A program made the position numbers and the translations under genes. Below, piece after piece: positions 1 to 9,619 of a stretch of DNA of 40,147 bases. A model generated the notes under the pieces. The model saw nothing but the letters and a program-made list of their open reading frames with translations. It was not told where the DNA came from and made no database searches. The first letter of the stretch is position 1, and each line of letters begins with the position of its first letter. The stretch spans positions 1 through 40,147 of the forward strand of contig JAOZFH010000020.1 in assembly GCA_027491415.1 (NCBI GenBank), in the 5' to 3' direction. This DNA comes from Thermoproteota archaeon. GTDB taxonomy: Archaea; Korarchaeota; Korarchaeia; Korarchaeales; Korarchaeaceae.

Positions 1-581
1 GGCGGCATCGCGTCGGCCGGGATGTCGAGCACGACGTTCCCGAACCTGTCAACGTGCAGGACGTGCCCCGAGATCGAGTCTGGTTCGACCTCGTAGCGGA
101 GCAGCTCGATCCTGATCAGGTCCTCCTTCCTGGGACCCACCCTCTCCATCGGCACCCCGGATGCTATGTGGGCGGCCACCGGGGCGAAGACGTCCCTCCC
201 GTCGAATGTGCCCGACCTCGGGAGGGTGAGTTCGCCCTCCTCCACCCGCCTGACCTCCTCTATCCCGAGCGACGCCGCCGCCGGGTACAGGACCCCGTTG
301 TCGGGCCCCACCAGGTAGTGCCCGCCCGCCCTGACGACCACGGCGTCCCTCTCGCTCCCTACCCCGGGGTCCACCACCACCACGTGGACGGTCCCCCTCG
401 GGAACCACCTGACCGCCTGCCAGAGGACGAATGCCCCCTCAAAAATGGAGAAGGGGGTGATGCGGTGGGTGATGTCGACTATCTGGACTTCTGGGGCTAT
501 GCCCAAGATCACGCCCTTCATCGCCGAGACGTAGTAGTCCCGGTCGCCGAAATCGGTGAGCAGAGTGATCACGGGCCTCAA
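1..581 (-). CDS. SAM hydrolase / chlorinase-fluorinase family (DUF62), runs off the window start
   Basis: Manual translation from TTG at 581: MRPVITLLTDFGDRDYYVSAMKGVI...VVVVDPGVGSER...GPDNG...TFDGRDVFAP...VDRFGN, all family motifs. Absent from the ORF track because there is no stop in the window. Confidence 0.92.
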   Translation of the reverse strand, partial: MRPVITLLTDFGDRDYYVSAMKGVILGIAPEVQIVDITHRITPFSIFEGAFVLWQAVRWFPRGTVHVVVVDPGVGSERDAVVVRAGGHYLVGPDNGVLYPAAASLGIEEVRRVEEGELTLPRSGTFDGRDVFAPVAAHIASGVPMERVGPRKEDLIRIELLRYEVEPDSISGHVLHVDRFGNVVLDIPADAMP

Positions 582-601
582 GGGCGCCCCCCTAGATGCG
601 A

Positions 602-1489
602 TCACTCGGAGCCCTTCCCCGACCCGGCCCGCTTGAGCCAATCCTTGACCATCTCGAGGAGTTCGACCGGCAGCAGTATCTTCGTCGACTCCCCGGTTCC
701 AATGGTCTTGAGGCCCTCCAGGTACTGGAGCTTCATGGTGTTCTCGTCGAGCCCCCTCGCCACCTCCGCTATCGTCTTGAGGGCGATCGCGTAGCCCTCG
801 GCCCTGAGGATGGCGGCCTGCCTGTCTCCCTCAGCCTTCAGTATCGCGGCCTGCTTCTCGCCCTCCGCCACCCTTATGGCGGCCTCCTTCTTGCCCTCCG
901 CCTCCGTCACCATGGCTCTCCTGTTCCTCTCGGCGGCCATCTGCTTGATCATGGCCTCCTGGACCGGCCTGGGCGGCAGGATCTCCCTGATCTCTACGTT
1001 GGTTATCTTGACGCCCCACCTCTCTGTTACCTCGTCCAGCTTGACCCTCAGTATGTTGTTGATCTCGTCCCTCTTGGCCAGGACCTCGTCCAACATCATC
1101 TCGCCTATGACGGCCCTCAGCGTCGTCGTGGCTATCCCTATCGCGGCGCCCCTGAAGTCAGAGACGTTGAGGACCGACGCCGCCGGGTCGACGACCTTGT
1201 AGTAGACTATGAAGTCGATGTCCGTCGGCGCGTTGTCCTTGGTGATGCACGTCTGGTGCGGCACGGTGAAGTAGCTCTCCCTGAGGTCGACCCAGACCAG
1301 CTGGTCGATTATCGGGATTCTGAAGACTATCCCCGGGCCTCTGACGCCGATGAACCTTCCCAGCCTCAGAATGACGAGCCTCTTGAACTCGGGGACTATC
1401 TTGATGGCCGAGGCGACCAGCGCCACGACCACCAGGGCCACGAATATCGTGAACAGGTTCCCGAACAGCACGTCAACGGCCTGCTGCAT
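602..1489 (-). CDS. SPFH/band 7 (stomatin, QmcA-like) membrane protein
   Basis: N-terminal TM, RLGRF...GPG, ITKDN, TTLRAVIG, WGVKITNVEI, C-terminal AEG repeats; paired with nfeD. Confidence 0.95.
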   Translation of the reverse strand: MQQAVDVLFGNLFTIFVALVVVALVASAIKIVPEFKRLVILRLGRFIGVRGPGIVFRIPIIDQLVWVDLRESYFTVPHQTCITKDNAPTDIDFIVYYKVVDPAASVLNVSDFRGAAIGIATTTLRAVIGEMMLDEVLAKRDEINNILRVKLDEVTERWGVKITNVEIREILPPRPVQEAMIKQMAAERNRRAMVTEAEGKKEAAIRVAEGEKQAAILKAEGDRQAAILRAEGYAIALKTIAEVARGLDENTMKLQYLEGLKTIGTGESTKILLPVELLEMVKDWLKRAGSGKGSE

Positions 1490-1495
1490 CCGACC

Positions 1496-2719
1496 TCACC
1501 TCGCCCTCCTGACCACGAGCTTGAACCCCTCGACCCCGACCACCTCCACGGCCTCCCCCTCCCCGATCCCCTCACCCGACTCCGACATTGCGGTCCAGAG
1601 CTCGGAGCCCACCAGGACGACGCCCTCTCCCCGGGACTCTATGGCCCTCTTGACGACGCCCCTCCTCCCGACCAGCTCGCTCAGGTCGCCCCAGACCCTC
1701 TTGAGCCTGAGGGTCTCCCTGATCTTGTACAGGTAGAACCCCACTATCCCAGAGGCGACCACCGCGCCAGCCACGGCGGTCCCGACGCCGGCGCCGGCCG
1801 AGAGTAGGGGGCTCGACCTGTACACCATCATGAGGCCGATGGCCGTCATCGCGGCACCCGTGAGGGCCAGGACTCCGTGCCCGGTCTTCAGCTCTAGGAA
1901 CATGGTGACCACGCCAGCCAGCATCAGGGCAGCGGCGGCCAGGCCGACGCCCATCAAGCCCATCCCGGCCAGCCCGAGGACCAGTATGCCCGTCCCAACG
2001 CCCTCCATGACGAAGGTCGGGTGGGATAGGCCCGCAAGCAGCAGGAGCCCGCCGAGGATCACCAGGGCCCACGCGTGGAGGGGCTCGGTTATCAGGATCA
2101 CGATGGACGTCCTCGGGCTGGGCCTGACCTCCTCGGCCGGCGCGGGCCAGCCGATCTCCACCAGGAACTCGTCGAGGCTGTCTGCCACGTGCTCGATCAC
2201 TCCGAGCTGGAGGGCCTCCTCGGCCGAGAGGGCCAGGTTCTCCGTGACGAAGGCCTCAGCAGCCGTGGCGTTCCTGCCCGCGCTCTTCGCGAGGCTCCTG
2301 AGCCAGCTCGCCACCGCGTTGGCCACCTTCTCGTCGTAGGGCCTCGGCTCCGCGGCGCCCACGGCGGACCCCGGCCCCATTCCGGCGTGGTCGGCGGCCA
2401 TGAGGATGATGCTGCCGGCGGAGAAGGCCCTCCCGCCCGGCGGCACGTAGACCGCCACCGGGACCTCCGACTCCCTGATCGCGAGCACTATGTCCTGGGT
2501 GGCCTCCAGGAACCCGCCGTTCGTGTTGAGCGAGATCACCACGCCGGTCGCGTCGACGGACTCGGCGTAGTCTAGGGCCTCTCGAATGTAGTCGGCCACG
2601 CCCTGGGTTATGGTCCCGTCCACGGTCACTCGGACAACCACCCCACGGGCGGGTTCGAGGGCGGCGACGGCCGCGGGGGTCAGGAGTAGAAGGAGCGCGA
2701 GAGCCAGGCTCTTGGTCAT
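1496..2719 (-). CDS. nfeD: NfeD-family membrane-bound serine protease
   Basis: Signal peptide, LNTNGG and AFSAG ClpP-like motifs, TM block, C-terminal OB domain (G-V-V-ELW-A-S); adjacent to SPFH gene. Confidence 0.92.
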   Translation of the reverse strand: MTKSLALALLLLLTPAAVAALEPARGVVVRVTVDGTITQGVADYIREALDYAESVDATGVVISLNTNGGFLEATQDIVLAIRESEVPVAVYVPPGGRAFSAGSIILMAADHAGMGPGSAVGAAEPRPYDEKVANAVASWLRSLAKSAGRNATAAEAFVTENLALSAEEALQLGVIEHVADSLDEFLVEIGWPAPAEEVRPSPRTSIVILITEPLHAWALVILGGLLLLAGLSHPTFVMEGVGTGILVLGLAGMGLMGVGLAAAALMLAGVVTMFLELKTGHGVLALTGAAMTAIGLMMVYRSSPLLSAGAGVGTAVAGAVVASGIVGFYLYKIRETLRLKRVWGDLSELVGRRGVVKRAIESRGEGVVLVGSELWTAMSESGEGIGEGEAVEVVGVEGFKLVVRRAR

Positions 2720-2765
2720 GGGGCAGTAGAAGGACCCCGCCAGGGGTAATAAACCTGACCCAGGG

Positions 2766-3341
2766 TCAGCCCCCTCCGGCCCGGAGGGGTATGGAGGCGA
2801 GCGTCTCGTATATCGGACCCTTGGGCGTTAGGGTGCTCTTCTTGAGCCTCATCTCCCTAACCTCGATCTCGCCGAAATCCGTCGAGAGCAGGGACGACAG
2901 CACCCTCCTGAGGGACTCCCTGTCCCTCAGCCACTTGACCCTCGCGATGGTCAGGTGCGGGTGCGGCTCCCTGTCCTCTTTCGGGAACCCGAGGCGCCTC
3001 AGCCTGGAGTCCACCCACATCATGAGCCTGACCAGCTCCTCCCTCCCCTCCTCGACGCCGACCCATATCACCCTGGGGCGCGACATGTTCGGGAAGGCTC
3101 CCACGCCGAAGAGCCTGGCCCTGAAGGGCGCGACGTCGGGCCCCTCCAGGGCCCTCGCGATCTCGGGCACCAGGGCCTCGTCCACGCTGCCCAGGAACTT
3201 CAGGGTGATGTGCAGGTTCTCCAGCTCCACGGACTTCACTCCGTTGTCGGTCGCCTCTATCCCCCTCTGGACCTCCCCGATCTTCGCGGCTATATGGGGG
3301 TCCTCGAGGTCGACCGCCACGAAGGTCCTGATCCTCCCCAT
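2766..3341 (-). CDS. thpR: RNA 2',3'-cyclic phosphodiesterase (2H family)
   Basis: RTFVAVD, two HxT motifs (HITLKFLG, HLTIAR), PRVIWVG, STLTPKGPIY. Confidence 0.95.
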   Translation of the reverse strand: MGRIRTFVAVDLEDPHIAAKIGEVQRGIEATDNGVKSVELENLHITLKFLGSVDEALVPEIARALEGPDVAPFRARLFGVGAFPNMSRPRVIWVGVEEGREELVRLMMWVDSRLRRLGFPKEDREPHPHLTIARVKWLRDRESLRRVLSSLLSTDFGEIEVREMRLKKSTLTPKGPIYETLASIPLRAGGG

Positions 3342-3453
3342 GGCGGACCACGTCTGCGAGGGGGCTAGCCGATATAAGGAGGGGTGTGGGGAGTCGCCGT
3401 GCGCGAGTCAGTTATATACTTCCTGAGCCCCCCAACGCGCCAGGAGGTAGCCC

Positions 3454-4410
3454 GTGAATACGAGAAGCGGATCCGGGGTCGCGGAGATAACCAGGCTGGA
3501 GCTGGAGGAGTTCTTACTCGGTGTGCTCTCCGACCAGGGCCCCTGGATCCTCGACCCCCACGAGCCGTCGACCTTCAGGTTCCAGAGAGAGCTGGAGCCG
3601 GGCGGGCTCATCGTCGGCCTCCTGCTGGCGGTCGGCAGCGGCGGAGCGGAGGGGGGCTCTGGCGGGAGGGTCGCCCCCTTGGTCTTCTACAGGGACGAGG
3701 ACGGCTGGTACGCCTCCGTGGGCTTCGAGGCGCTCCACGGCTGGGCCGGCTACTACCTGGCAAGGAGGGTGACCGACTCGCCCGAGCTCATGCTCTTCCC
3801 GAGCGAGGTCCTCCGGGACCTGTCGGAGAGGGCCAGGTGGCTCCCCACTACCGGCGCCAAGATCGAGGACCCGAGCGGCCTCACCCCTCGGCTGTCCGGG
3901 TTCGACGAGGCCGACTCGAGGTGGGTCCGGTCTGTCCTGAGGAGGTTGATCGAGCTCGGCGTGGTCAGGGACGAGGGCGTGAGGGTGGAGGCCAGCCTGT
4001 CCTTGGTGCTGGGCAGGTGGTCCGCGGAGGAGTTCAGGCGGGACTACGGGCTCTCGGCCGAGTTCACCGATCGCGTCGAGACGGCGGCCCGGAGGGAGGC
4101 CGGCCGCGCCGCGGCGTCCAGCATCTCGGAGTTCGTCCTCGTCGGCAGGCTAGACTTCGAGGCAGACCGGGGCGGGGACAGGGTGGGCGTGCGGGCCGAG
4201 GTCTCTCTGAGGGGAGTTGGCTTCGAGCTGAAGGGTGAGCTGCCCGGCCAGCCGAGGATGGTTGAGAGGAGGGTCACGCTGGGCACCTCCAGGCTCGACC
4301 TGCTGCCTTCCAGCGGAGAGGAGCTCGATGAGTGGCTGGGGGAGCTGAGGAAGGCCATCAGGCGCATCTTGGTCACCTCCCTAAAGAGCGACATAGCCCC
4401 GACCGCCTGA
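3454..4410 (+). CDS. Hypothetical protein (318 aa)
   Basis: Long ORF with host-like codon usage, GGAGGT RBS and upstream TTATATA box; no family recognised. Confidence 0.75.
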   Translation: MNTRSGSGVAEITRLELEEFLLGVLSDQGPWILDPHEPSTFRFQRELEPGGLIVGLLLAVGSGGAEGGSGGRVAPLVFYRDEDGWYASVGFEALHGWAGYYLARRVTDSPELMLFPSEVLRDLSERARWLPTTGAKIEDPSGLTPRLSGFDEADSRWVRSVLRRLIELGVVRDEGVRVEASLSLVLGRWSAEEFRRDYGLSAEFTDRVETAARREAGRAAASSISEFVLVGRLDFEADRGGDRVGVRAEVSLRGVGFELKGELPGQPRMVERRVTLGTSRLDLLPSSGEELDEWLGELRKAIRRILVTSLKSDIAPTA

Positions 4411-4658
4411 ATTCGGCCGAGGGGGCGGCCAAATCTCGACTCGTTTCGACCGGAGTGCTCCTCAACGTGTCCATCTCGGGGGGAGGGGGGAGGGGGGTCC
4501 CCCCCATGTCGATACGGTCTCGTTGGAAATCCATTTTGGCAAGAAAAGACAGCATTTGACCGCTCCATTCCGGATTTGGCCGAGCCAGGCGCTGTAACAT
4601 CAAGTTTTTATTGCCCTACTTCGGCGCTTCAACGTGCGGACGACGGAGGTGATGCCCC

Positions 4659-5045
4659 ATGCCTGAGGCCTTTGAGTTCCACGTGATTGGCGAGCTCAGG
4701 GGAGTCGACGAGAGCCTGCTCACCGACGAGGCTTTCGTGAGGGACGCGCTGGTCAGGTCGGTGGTGGAGGCGGGCCTGACGCTCTTCGACGTCTACGTCC
4801 ACCGCAGGGGCGAGGGGGTCATCGGCGTCGCGGTCATAGGCGAGAGCCACGTGGCTGTCCACACCTGGCCCGAGCACCGCGTCGTGACGGTCGAGGTCTC
4901 GTCTTGCAAGGACCCCGAGAGCACTTGGGAGGTCTTCGCCCTTCTCAGGGAGACGTTCGGAGCCGAGTCCTACAGCGCGGTGGACCTGAGAAGCGGAATA
5001 GCCCTCATGGAGAGCCTCAAGGGGGCGGCCGGGGCCACGGCCTGA
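4659..5045 (+). CDS. speD: S-adenosylmethionine decarboxylase proenzyme (pyruvoyl; could be the arginine decarboxylase paralog)
   Basis: GVAVIGESHVAVHTWPE autoprocessing motif; GGAGGTGA RBS. Confidence 0.9.
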   Translation: MPEAFEFHVIGELRGVDESLLTDEAFVRDALVRSVVEAGLTLFDVYVHRRGEGVIGVAVIGESHVAVHTWPEHRVVTVEVSSCKDPESTWEVFALLRETFGAESYSAVDLRSGIALMESLKGAAGATA

Positions 5046-5140
5046 TCTGCGGACACTCCGGCCCTAACCCAACCCGACCCAACTCAAGTGACCCCAGCCT
5101 CCGCTGAGGCTGTTTCATCGGGTGCCCCCCGCACCTCTCG

Positions 5141-5968
5141 TCAGCCCTTTGGGGAGAACCTGATTATCCCCAAGCCGTTCTGCCTGTGGGCACCCACGCC
5201 CACCAGCTCCCCCAGCCTCAGGAGCCTGCTGGCCCAGGTGGACATCTCCTCGTGCTCCTTCGGGGACCAGTTGGGGTGCATTATGCACTTGTAGTGGGCC
5301 CAGCCGACGAACCCAACCACGTTCTCCCCGCTGACCTCTATCGGCCTCGACGTGCAGAGCTCGTGGCCGGTCTCCACGACGCTCAGTCTCGCCCAGGACA
5401 CCATGTCCCTGACCCTCGGCCCGTCCTCCCTGAGCCTGTTCCAGCTGCTCGCTAGGCTGTGGATCAGCATGGAGGGGAGCGGGAAGAGCCTACAGTACGG
5501 CGTCGACTGCCTGCGGAACAGCGTTGGGGTGAGGAAGTTCACCCTGAAGGCCTTGACCGGCTCGTCGACGTATATCTCCTCCCAGCCGAGCCTCTCGGCC
5601 TCCACGGAGCTGACCTCGAACTCCATGCCGGATAGCCTCACCTTTGGGCTCCTGGCCGCCCAGTTCCTGATCAGCGCGGAGGCCGCGTCGCTGAAGGTCA
5701 CCACCCTGGCCCTGTAGGTGGCCCCCCGCGATATGCCCACCGCCCGCTCGCTGCACTCAACCAGCGGCCGCAAGCCCGTGTACAGGGGAGACGCTATGAT
5801 CTGACCCCTCGGTCCGGCCATCCTTATGGCCCTCGCCGTCAGCGGGTCGGCGGACGACATGACCCTCAGGATGGCCCTCCTCAGCGGCTCCCCGGTGGCG
5901 GTCAGCTCTCCGTCCTCGTGGGCCGTGAGCTCCAGAAGGATCGTCCATATTGGCGGGGGTTGCCCCAA
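5141..5968 (-). CDS. cas6: CRISPR-associated endoribonuclease Cas6, stand-alone
   Basis: FLTPT strand, PLPSMLIHSL, GFVG, and C-terminal G-rich loop GELVGVGAHRQNGLG. Confidence 0.88.
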   Translation of the reverse strand: MGQPPPIWTILLELTAHEDGELTATGEPLRRAILRVMSSADPLTARAIRMAGPRGQIIASPLYTGLRPLVECSERAVGISRGATYRARVVTFSDAASALIRNWAARSPKVRLSGMEFEVSSVEAERLGWEEIYVDEPVKAFRVNFLTPTLFRRQSTPYCRLFPLPSMLIHSLASSWNRLREDGPRVRDMVSWARLSVVETGHELCTSRPIEVSGENVVGFVGWAHYKCIMHPNWSPKEHEEMSTWASRLLRLGELVGVGAHRQNGLGIIRFSPKG

Positions 5969-6035
5969 ATTAGTTCACCCTCCAGAGCAGGCTTTGGGCA
6001 GTCCTTTCCATTAATCTTTTATCACCCGCCCCGCG

Positions 6036-6638
6036 TTGAGGAGCGTGCGACGTCGCGTCCCCGGGGCCTACCGGTGCGTCATGCTGGTCGGCCTGCCGGG
6101 CTGCGGAAAGAGCGCGGTGGCCTCAATTTTGCGGGACGAGCTTGGATATGAGGTCATCGACATGAGCGACCTCGTAAAGGAGGAGGCGCGGAGAAGGGGC
6201 AGGGGGGTCGACAGGGAGAGCCTCAGGAAGACGGGCGAGGAGCTGAGGAGAGAGATGGGGAGGTCGGCCGTCGCCAAGCTCGTCCTGAGGAGGATAAGGG
6301 AACTAGAGGCGAAGGCGCCGAGGCCGGGATACGTCGTCTCCGGGATCAGGAACCAAGAGGAGGTGGACGAGATCAAGGCCGCCTTCGGCGACGAGGCCGT
6401 CTGCGTGGCCATACACACGCCAAAGAGGCTCCGGTACCTGAGGATGATCAGGAGGGGGAGGAGGGGGTTCGACGCCCCCACCCTGGAGGAGATGGAGAGG
6501 CAGGACAGGAGGGAGGTGGAGTTCTTCCGGATGGGCGAGCCCTTCATACTGGCCGACGAGCTGATAGTGAACTCGGGCTCCCTCGAGGAGCTGAGGTCGA
6601 GGGCCCTGGCAGTGGTCCTCAAGATACCAGGGGGCTGA
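6036..6638 (+). CDS. Archaeal dephospho-CoA kinase-like P-loop NTPase
   Basis: GLPGCGKS Walker A, MSDLVKEE, LR..G, GIRN..EV, R..RGR..D, AD..IVNSGSLEEL. True start may be GTG 6045. Confidence 0.82.
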   Translation: MRSVRRRVPGAYRCVMLVGLPGCGKSAVASILRDELGYEVIDMSDLVKEEARRRGRGVDRESLRKTGEELRREMGRSAVAKLVLRRIRELEAKAPRPGYVVSGIRNQEEVDEIKAAFGDEAVCVAIHTPKRLRYLRMIRRGRRGFDAPTLEEMERQDRREVEFFRMGEPFILADELIVNSGSLEELRSRALAVVLKIPGG

Positions 6639-6665
6639 CCCCCCGCCCGCCCCTCCCCCCTCCCC

Positions 6666-7757
6666 TCAGCTCACCGACCTCCACCTCAGGCCCAGCCGCT
6701 CGGCCTCCTCCCTCGCCCTCACGATCTCCTCCCTGGTGGGGCGGCGGGCTATCTCCGGGAACCTGTGCGCCCGGTACTCCGGCCTGTACTGGTCCATCAC
6801 GTTCACCAGCGCCCCCGGGGTGTTATCGGCTATCCACCTGAGTATCGGCACCGTGCAGCAGTCCACGTGCCCGGGCATGACGAGGTGGCGGATCACCATC
6901 TCCGGCCAGTGGTCGTACGCCATCCTGATGTTCCTCGTCACGACCTCCCTGTATCTGGGGGCGGAGCTGTACTTGAGGGCGTGTGGGTCTTCCCAGTACT
7001 TGAAGTCCGGCAGCCAGAGGTCTATTACTCCAAGGAGGAGCTCTGTTGCCTTCTCGCTCATGTACATGTTGGAGTTCCACACGACGGGCACGCTCACCCT
7101 GGTCAGCCTCAGCGCCTCGAGTATCCAGGGCAGGTTAGGCGTCGGCTCACCCCCGACGAGGTTGACGTTCCTCGCGCCCCTCTCCCTCAGGGCCTCGAAC
7201 AGGGACGCCAGGTAATGGGCGTCGACGGGCCTGCCGGAATCCGGCTCTTGGGAGATGTCCCAGTTCTGGCAGAAGACGCACCTGAAGTTACAGCCGGAGA
7301 AGAAGACCGTCCCCGAGGGGGTTATGGGGGCCTCCTCACCCATGTGGATGAAGGCGGAGGCCACCCTCGGCGCTCCCCCCACGCCGCAGACCCCGGCAAG
7401 GCCGGAGAGCCTGTCCACCCCGCAACGCCTCTCGCAGAGCGTGCAGGGGCTCGCCAGCTCCCTGGCCAGCCTGACCTTCAGGTCGAGGAGGCTGAACTCA
7501 GGTCTCTCCGGCAGGGGCGAGCCCGAGTCGACCTCCCTGATCAGGTCCCTGAGTTCTCCGACGAGGGCCCGGTGCTCCTCCCATGCGCGCTCCCCGGAGA
7601 GACCAGAAGGAGCCTTCAGCCTCTTGGCTAGGACGAACTGGGCCTCGACCTCACCCCTGGCGGCCTTAACGTACCGGGGGAGCGCCTCGAGTATCTCACG
7701 GTCGCGAAACGCCATCGCCGCGTCCGGGCGGAGGACCCACCAGCCGGCAACCTCCAA
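6666..7757 (-). CDS. pflX: PflX-like radical SAM protein (PFL-activase related)
   Basis: CTLCERRC, HMGEE, SGTVFFSGCNFRCVFCQNWDISQ, VIRHLVMPGH, NVMDQYRP. Confidence 0.9.
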   Translation of the reverse strand: MEVAGWWVLRPDAAMAFRDREILEALPRYVKAARGEVEAQFVLAKRLKAPSGLSGERAWEEHRALVGELRDLIREVDSGSPLPERPEFSLLDLKVRLARELASPCTLCERRCGVDRLSGLAGVCGVGGAPRVASAFIHMGEEAPITPSGTVFFSGCNFRCVFCQNWDISQEPDSGRPVDAHYLASLFEALRERGARNVNLVGGEPTPNLPWILEALRLTRVSVPVVWNSNMYMSEKATELLLGVIDLWLPDFKYWEDPHALKYSSAPRYREVVTRNIRMAYDHWPEMVIRHLVMPGHVDCCTVPILRWIADNTPGALVNVMDQYRPEYRAHRFPEIARRPTREEIVRAREEAERLGLRWRSVS

Positions 7758-7789
7758 ACAGACACCCTCTCTCCCTCAGCCGTCCACGC

Positions 7790-8003
7790 GAGAGAAAACC
7801 GAGGGGCCGGGGGAGGCCCCCCGGGCGGACGACGGAGGCGACCCCCCGGAGGGCCGCCGGCGGCCCTCAAAGAGGGCCGTGTCCCGTGCGGGGTGACCCC
7901 GCAGAGGAGGGGGCCAATGGTGGGCCCCCCTCACCCCCGAGGGGGCAGCGTGCGCTGGCCGCCCCTGTGGGGCTGCGGGCCCTGCAGGCCGCCGACGGCC
8001 CGT
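7790..8003 (-). ncRNA. Candidate structured RNA / 5' leader upstream of pflX
   Basis: TTTATTAC box (8031-8024, minus) about 30 nt before a 15-bp closing stem (8001-7987 with 7865-7851) that encloses several hairpins; followed by a hairpin and a pyrimidine tract. Confidence 0.45.
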
Positions 8004-8107
8004 GTAATGTAGGGCCGAGGGGGGTAATAAAGGCTCCGCGGGGATCCCCCGTAGTTGGGTTAATTCTTTTTGCGACCCCTCGGGTGATGGGCTGAGGGGT
8101 CTCGACG

Positions 8108-8989
8108 TTGGAGCTTGACAGGGTGAGGTTCGGGCCGGCGGGCTTCCCGATAGACGCCAGCAGGCAAGAGGCCTTCAAGTACCTAAAGAAGATCGGGCTC
8201 GACGCGATGGAGTATCAGGCGGTCCGCTCCGTCCCCAAGAAGGAGGAGACCCTGCTCGCCATCGGGGAGGATGCCGGGAAGCACGGGATTCTGCTGACCC
8301 TCCACGCCCCCTACGCCCTGAACCTGGCCGCTGAGGACGAGAAGAAGAGAGAGGGGAGCATAGAGAGGCTGTTCAGGGCCTGCCGGGCCGCCCACGTCAT
8401 GGGCGCAAGGCACGTCACCTTCCACCCGGGATACTACGGGGGCCTCGACCCCGCAGAGGCCCTGGAGAGGACTGTCGACGCCGTAGAGCGCGTGATAGCC
8501 ATGATGAGGGAAGCCGGCTTCGTGGTCGAGCTCGGACCCGAGACCACGGGGAAGCCCTCTCAGGTGGGCTCCCTGGAGGAGGTCATAGACCTGGCCCAGA
8601 GGTTCGACGAGGTCTGGCCCACGGTGGACTTCGCCCACCTACACGCCAGGGAGGGGGGCTCGATCAAGGGGAGGGAGGACTACGCCCGGATACTTGACCG
8701 CCTGGAGGAGGGCCTGGGGACGCTGGACGGGCTCGTGATCCACTTCTCCGAGATAGAGATGACCAAGTCGGGCGTCGGGGAGAGGATGCACCACGACCTG
8801 GGCTCCGGTTACGGGCCGGACTTCGAGCCCCTCGCGCGGGAGATGGCCGAGAGGGGCGTCAAGTGGGTCGTGATCTGCGAGACCCCCCTCCTCGAGAGGG
8901 ACGCCTTGAAGATGAAGGAGATCTACGAGAGGGTCTCCGGAGCCCGCCCCAGGGGGCGGGCGAGAGGCCGGAGACGGAGGCGGCGCTGA
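8108..8989 (+). CDS. nfo: Endonuclease IV-like TIM-barrel AP endonuclease
   Basis: RFGPAG, LHAPYALNL, FHPGYY, GPETTGKPSQVGSLEE, DFAHLHAR, HFSEIE, ICETP. Confidence 0.9.
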   Translation: MELDRVRFGPAGFPIDASRQEAFKYLKKIGLDAMEYQAVRSVPKKEETLLAIGEDAGKHGILLTLHAPYALNLAAEDEKKREGSIERLFRACRAAHVMGARHVTFHPGYYGGLDPAEALERTVDAVERVIAMMREAGFVVELGPETTGKPSQVGSLEEVIDLAQRFDEVWPTVDFAHLHAREGGSIKGREDYARILDRLEEGLGTLDGLVIHFSEIEMTKSGVGERMHHDLGSGYGPDFEPLAREMAERGVKWVVICETPLLERDALKMKEIYERVSGARPRGRARGRRRRRR

Positions 8990-9405
8990 TCGAGCGCCTC
9001 CCCAGCGCCTTGAAGCATGCCAACATGAGCTGCGGGACCCCCGGCGCGGCGGCGTGGGACAGCGGGTCCAAGAATGGGACGGTCTTCAGCCCGATCCTGA
9101 GCCAGGAGTAGGCCGCGGAGTTCGCCGAGAAGGGGGAGCCGGAGATCAGGGACTCCACGCTTAGGGCGACCATCAGGGCGATCCCAACGACAGAAACGCA
9201 GCCCGGTCGCGTAACCCGCCTCCTGCTTATGAGCTCGGCCGACACTGGGTTTCTGTCGTCTTTTACCTGGTCGAAGACATCGTCGGCCCCCCACGTCATT
9301 GAGTGAGTACGCGAAGGCCGTGTACAGGAGCTTCGCCGCGTAGGCGAGGAGCGTCCTCAATCTCAGAAGGAGGCCTGGGGCCACGACCTCGATCATGGGA
9401 AACAC
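8990..9405 (-). pseudogene. Frameshifted, truncated UbiA-family prenyltransferase remnant
   Basis: Frame 1 LLYTAFAYSLNDV joins frame 2 ADDVFDQVKDDRNPVSAELIS...AAYSWLRIGLKTVPFLDPLSHA, resembling the UbiA NDxxD, NP..G.IS and YS...LK..P..D motifs. Confidence 0.6.
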
Positions 9406-9619
9406 GAGCGTCAGCTGGATGACCTATCCTCCGGCCCTAGACAGGCTCAAGGCCGCAGAAAAATACCTTGGGAATAGTAGCGGCCGCATCAAGCTATTTC
9501 ACGCGCACAGGCCAAGGGCGCGAGGTCGCACGGTAACAACGTTTCCTGACCCGGGCGGCCACCATATCTGCGATCGAACTCTCCAGTTCCCAGACGAGAT
9601 AAAAAGAGGGGAGAGGAGG

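Noticed and set aside
4415-4560. GGGGCGG...TTCGAC start resembling tmRNA/tRNA, plus G6 runs (possible G-quadruplex)
   Set aside because: No cloverleaf, T-arm/CCA end or tag ORF; G runs are common at this GC content and the region lies upstream of the apparent speD TATA box.
7790-8003. 5S rRNA, SRP RNA or RNase P RNA identity for the structured region
   Set aside because: Lacks CCGAAC/GAAGTTAAG, the SRP GGAA-GGGAGCA helix 8 and the RNase P GAGGAAA(G/C)TCC motif on either strand.
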